Positions 60,054 to 64,000 of a stretch of DNA of 64,000 bases are shown piece by piece. The notes below the pieces were generated by a model. That model did not search any database. It worked only from the letters and a program-made list of their open reading frames with translations, and was not told the DNA's origin. Position 1 is the first letter of the stretch. Each line of letters starts with the position of its first letter. The translations under genes and the position numbers were made by a program. Source of the DNA: Candidatus Peregrinibacteria bacterium GW2011_GWA2_33_10 (GTDB taxonomy: Bacteria; Patescibacteriota; Gracilibacteria; UBA1369; GWC2-33-13); assembly GCA_000989565.1 (NCBI GenBank), contig LBOO01000010.1:15736-79735 (forward strand), read 5' to 3'.

Positions 60054-62411
60054 ATGATTGATTTACAATTATTGGAAAATAAAGTTCAAGAGTACCTTTC
60101 TCACTTTAACAAAAAAAGATTAACTAAAGCTTTTGAATTCGCCAAGCAGGCGCATTCGGGCCAGAAAAGAAAAACCGGTGAGGATTATTTCAATCATCCT
60201 TTTAATACCGCGTTAATTTTAACGGAAATCCATGCTGACGAAGACACTTTAATCGCGGCTTTATTGCATGATGTTCCTGAAGATACCACATACAGTTTAA
60301 ATGATATTGAGAAGCTTTTCAGTAAAGATATCGCTTATTTGGTCAGAGGTATCACAAAACTTTCCAAAGTTTATTACCGTCATGATATGCATGAACGGCA
60401 AATTGAATCTTTAAAAAAATTATTGATTCACAGCGCCAAAGATGTACGCGTAATATTAATAAAATTAGCTGATAGACTGGATAATATGCGAACTTTGTAT
60501 GCGCACGAAAATGTTAACAAACGGATAAGAATAGCCAGAGAAACACTGGAAATCTACGCGCCGATCGCGAATTTGTTTGGTTTATATGAGTTTAAAAGGG
60601 AGATGGAGGATTTGTGTTTTGAATATTTATTTAATTCCAAATATTTGAGCTTGAAAAGCGCGCTTGAAGATAAGCAGGAGTTCTTTCACCAAATATTGAA
60701 TAGCAGCATTCAAAAGTTAGAAAAATTTTTAAATGGCAGAAATATAAAATTTTCTATTGAAGGTCGTATAAAAAATTTATACAGCATATTCAAAAAAATG
60801 GAGGAGAAAAATAAATCTTTGATGGATATCGAAGATTTAGTCGCTTTAAGAATAATAGTGGAAACGCCGGAAGATTGTTATCGAACTTTAGGTCTTATAC
60901 ATGAAATTTTCAAACCTAAAACCACAAGATTTAAAGACTATATCGCGGTACCAAAACCAAACGGGTATCAGAGTTTGCATACTGTTGTTTTCAGCGCAAA
61001 CGGTATTCCCATAGAACTGCAAATCAGAACACAAAAGATGAATATTGAAGCAACCTATGGTTTTGCTTCTCATTATTTTTATGAAGAAAAAGTTCTTCAA
61101 GATAAAAGTCCGATGAGCCGGAGTAAATTTCAGGAAAAAAATTGGGCTAAAAAGATATTGCTTTTACAAAGAGAAATGAAGGACAATCGCGATTTTATGA
61201 AAAATCTACAGAGTGATATTTTTCAGGATAGAATTTTTGTATTTACACCAAAAGGCGATGTGATTGACTTGCCTTTAGGCGCTTGCTGTATTGATTTTGC
61301 TTATGCGATTCATACGGATATTGGAAACAGCTCTGAAGAAGCATTAATAAATAATAAAAAAGTAGCTTTAAATCAAATTCTGGAAAATGGGGATGTAATC
61401 AGAATAATTACAAATAAAGAAAATGCCGGTCCTCAAAGAGAATGGCTTACTTTCGCAAAAACTCAACTCGCGCGAAATAAGATCAAAGATAAATTAAGAC
61501 AAGAATCTACGGAAAAAAAGAAAAAATTGGGAATAAAATTTTTGGAGAAAGAATTGAAAAAAACAGGTAAGAATCTTTATGAAATCTTAAATAACCGCCA
61601 TATTAAAATTTTGCTGGCGGAGTTAAATTTTGAAACTTTCGATGATTTATTGGCCGCTGTCGGCGAAGGAAACTTAGAGCCTCAAGTTATTTTGGATAAA
61701 ATATATTCTCAAAAATTTCATTCCTATGAAGAAATTCTAGGTTCAGCTTTAAAGAAAGACACACGGGGCCGATATAAGGTGGAATTAAAGATTTTTTGCA
61801 AGGATCGAATCGGTCTTTTAAAATCTTTATTGGTTCCAATCGAAGACATGGGGATAAACATACTTAATTTAAATCTAAAACTTAATTTAAGTAGCCATAG
61901 TGTAATCTGCAATGTGTCAATTATGATCAAAGATTTTGATCAATTAAGCAAGGTTTACGAATCAATCGAACAAATTCCGGAGGTTATGAGTATTGAAAGA
62001 CTAGTGCCTAAAAGAATTTTCTGGGTGATGGGAATCGGAACTTTATTTGTGATATTCTGGTCGATTCTTCCTTATGGAATCGCTAAAATATTTTCTCAAC
62101 AGCAAAGATTTGATCTTATTTTTTGGTTTTTTTCAATTTTCGGTATTTTAATGATTTTTTTATCAATATTTTATTTATATCAATTGTGCCGTATTTATTT
62201 CGCAGATCTCGTATACACAAAATTTCGAAAATATTTTATTCCTTTACTCACGCTCATCGCATCAATTATTTTAGTCGTAGAATTAAAATTTCTTAACTTG
62301 CCTGATTTTTTTGCTTCATTGTATGGATTGATCAATTTTCTTTTTACAATGGCCGGTATTCATTTTTTAGGCAGAAGAATCGAAATTTTTGATAAATTGA
62401 TTGAAAAATAG
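60054..62411 (+). CDS. relA: RelA/SpoT homolog with C-terminal transmembrane domain
   Basis: AH.GQKRK.GE.Y, LHDVPED, KLADRLDNMRT, KDYIAVPKPNGYQSLHT, TGS (FTPKG..DFAYAIH), ACT (DRIGLL), then 4 hydrophobic helices. Confidence 0.9.
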   Translation: MIDLQLLENKVQEYLSHFNKKRLTKAFEFAKQAHSGQKRKTGEDYFNHPFNTALILTEIHADEDTLIAALLHDVPEDTTYSLNDIEKLFSKDIAYLVRGITKLSKVYYRHDMHERQIESLKKLLIHSAKDVRVILIKLADRLDNMRTLYAHENVNKRIRIARETLEIYAPIANLFGLYEFKREMEDLCFEYLFNSKYLSLKSALEDKQEFFHQILNSSIQKLEKFLNGRNIKFSIEGRIKNLYSIFKKMEEKNKSLMDIEDLVALRIIVETPEDCYRTLGLIHEIFKPKTTRFKDYIAVPKPNGYQSLHTVVFSANGIPIELQIRTQKMNIEATYGFASHYFYEEKVLQDKSPMSRSKFQEKNWAKKILLLQREMKDNRDFMKNLQSDIFQDRIFVFTPKGDVIDLPLGACCIDFAYAIHTDIGNSSEEALINNKKVALNQILENGDVIRIITNKENAGPQREWLTFAKTQLARNKIKDKLRQESTEKKKKLGIKFLEKELKKTGKNLYEILNNRHIKILLAELNFETFDDLLAAVGEGNLEPQVILDKIYSQKFHSYEEILGSALKKDTRGRYKVELKIFCKDRIGLLKSLLVPIEDMGINILNLNLKLNLSSHSVICNVSIMIKDFDQLSKVYESIEQIPEVMSIERLVPKRIFWVMGIGTLFVIFWSILPYGIAKIFSQQQRFDLIFWFFSIFGILMIFLSIFYLYQLCRIYFADLVYTKFRKYFIPLLTLIASIILVVELKFLNLPDFFASLYGLINFLFTMAGIHFLGRRIEIFDKLIEK

Positions 62412-62412
62412 T

Positions 62413-63117
62413 CTATATATATTTCAGAGCGTCATTTATATCCAATTTATTGAGCATTAATGCTTTATTGATGAGGGCACCTTTGCATCCGATCTTTTTT
62501 AAAGTTTGTAAATGTTTAATTTCTGAAATGCCACCGGCGTGGAATACATTTATATTTTTGAAAAAACTGATTACTCTGTCTGTTTCGTCAAAATGAGGCA
62601 GTAAGGTGCCTTCCGTATCCAGATCTTTAATAATAATATTTTTTATACCAAAAGATACTATTTTTTCAGCGTAACGCAGAACCTCTATTTCTTGCGTTTT
62701 ATCATTCTCCTGTAGTTTTACATATCTACCGCGGCTTAATAAACCGAAAATTATTTTTTCATATCCAAAAACATTAATTGCCTGTTTTATGATTAATTCC
62801 GCTCTTTTACCTAAAATAACTTTATCAATTCCAATATTTATTAAATTTTCGATTTGATCGAAAGAATTGATCCCTCCGCCATAAATTATAGGGACATTGG
62901 TATTTAGAACTATTGATTTAACTATTGATAAATTCTCCCCTTCTCCATTATGAGCATCCAGATCAATTATTTCCAAAATATTGGCGCCTCTTTGAACCAA
63001 ATTAATGGCTTTTTTAACGGGTTTTTGATAAAAAACCTCTTTTTGCTCATTCTCGTAACCTTTGTATAGGGAGACGATTTTGCCTTTCTGAAGCTGCAGG
63101 GAAGGAATAAGGAGCAT
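62413..63117 (-). CDS. HisA/HisF-family TIM-barrel protein lacking the canonical catalytic Asp residues
   Basis: [30 protein letters not shown]; begins at ATG 63117 inside the merged ORF. Confidence 0.8.
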   Translation of the reverse strand: MLLIPSLQLQKGKIVSLYKGYENEQKEVFYQKPVKKAINLVQRGANILEIIDLDAHNGEGENLSIVKSIVLNTNVPIIYGGGINSFDQIENLINIGIDKVILGKRAELIIKQAINVFGYEKIIFGLLSRGRYVKLQENDKTQEIEVLRYAEKIVSFGIKNIIIKDLDTEGTLLPHFDETDRVISFFKNINVFHAGGISEIKHLQTLKKIGCKGALINKALMLNKLDINDALKYI

Positions 63118-63129
63118 GAGGAAGGAGTA

Positions 63130-64000
63130 AGTTACCGCATTGTCGTTTTCACTTTCAAAATCGTAAGTTACACAATATGGTGTGCCTATTTCATCTTGGC
63201 GGCGGTATCTTTTGCCTATTGAACCGCTTAAGTCGTATTCGGCTGTAAAATATTCTTTTAATTGTTTGTAAACTGAATATGATTTTTCCTGCAACTTATT
63301 TGATAATGGCAAAATCGCCACTTTTATCGGAGCAATGCTTTTATTAAAACGCATTACAACCCTTTCCTCACTTTCAACTTTTTCTTCGTGATAAGCATTT
63401 ATTAAAAACGTTAACACCGTGCGATCCAAACCAAAAGACGGTTCTATGACATGTGGCAGGAATTTTTTATTGGTTTGCGGATCCAAATACTGTAAATCTT
63501 CACCGGAGAATTTTTGATGCTGTGAGAGGTCAAAATCTCCGCGATACGCAATTCCCTGTAATTCACCCCATCCAAAAGGAAATTTATATTCAATATCTTT
63601 GGTCATTGATGAATAATGTGATAATTCTTCTTTGGTATGTTCTCTGAAATGGAGATTTTCTTTTTTTATACCTAAATCTGTGAACCAATTCATGGATATT
63701 TGACACCATGTTTCAAAAATTTCTTTTTCTGAACCGGGTTCAATAAAATATTCTATTTCCATTTGTTCAAATTCGCGGGTTCTAAACGTAAAATTGCCGG
63801 GAGTGATTTCGTTGCGGAAAGATTTTCCGATTTGAGCGATTCCGAATGGTAATTTTTTGCGGCTTGTAGTCTGGACATTTTTAAAATTTACAAAAATTCC
63901 CTGAGCAGTTTCAGGTCTGAGAAATATGGCTGCTGCTTGCTCTTCAATCACGCCCTGAAATGTTTTGAACATCAAATTAAATGAACGCGGTTTCGTGAAT
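63130..64000 (-). CDS. glyQS: Glycine--tRNA ligase (alpha2 type), partial; last residues missing
   Basis: [46 protein letters not shown]; stops matching at NAVT, before the expected R-RD anticodon-domain tail. Confidence 0.95.

Noticed and set aside
62413-63975. Apparent GlyRS-HisA fusion protein
   Set aside because: GlyRS lacks its last conserved segment and the linker looks like this genome's C-rich pre-ATG sequence; better explained by a deletion or assembly collapse

Overview
Very AT-rich bacterial chromosome segment that looks like Patescibacteria/CPR, most plausibly Peregrinibacteria (inference from gene content: multiple TrmB regulators, FtsA-like + baseplate-J-like pair, SLH/PKD surface proteins, few Shine-Dalgarno sites). 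It uses standard code 11, since TGA ends proS and dnaX. Housekeeping genes (tyrA, maf, rpsT, rsmF-like, asnS, rnc, nusB, rpmF, murF-like, proS, mtaB, efp, comF, dnaX, ligA, relA/spoT, glyQS, tRNA-Ile2, tRNA-Val) surround an accessory region between asnS and rnc (about 7.6-24.4 kb). Main results: (1) an unannotated 32-aa basic/Cys-rich peptide (17108-17206, minus) between two hairpins, directly upstream of an RRE-like radical SAM/SPASM gene and a second radical-SAM-like gene, i.e. a candidate new RiPP system; (2) a degenerate copy of the asnS 3' end that brackets a 5-kb island carrying a NACHT-methyltransferase fusion; (3) a dispersed GTAATYC heptamer inverted-repeat element that supplies stop codons; (4) at least four small internal deletions (rSAM SPASM, rpmF/nusB, sortase, glyQS/hisA) that may be assembly collapses; (5) a RelA/SpoT with four C-terminal TM helices and a cohesin/dockerin surface pair. 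All family calls come from motif recognition; no database searches were run.
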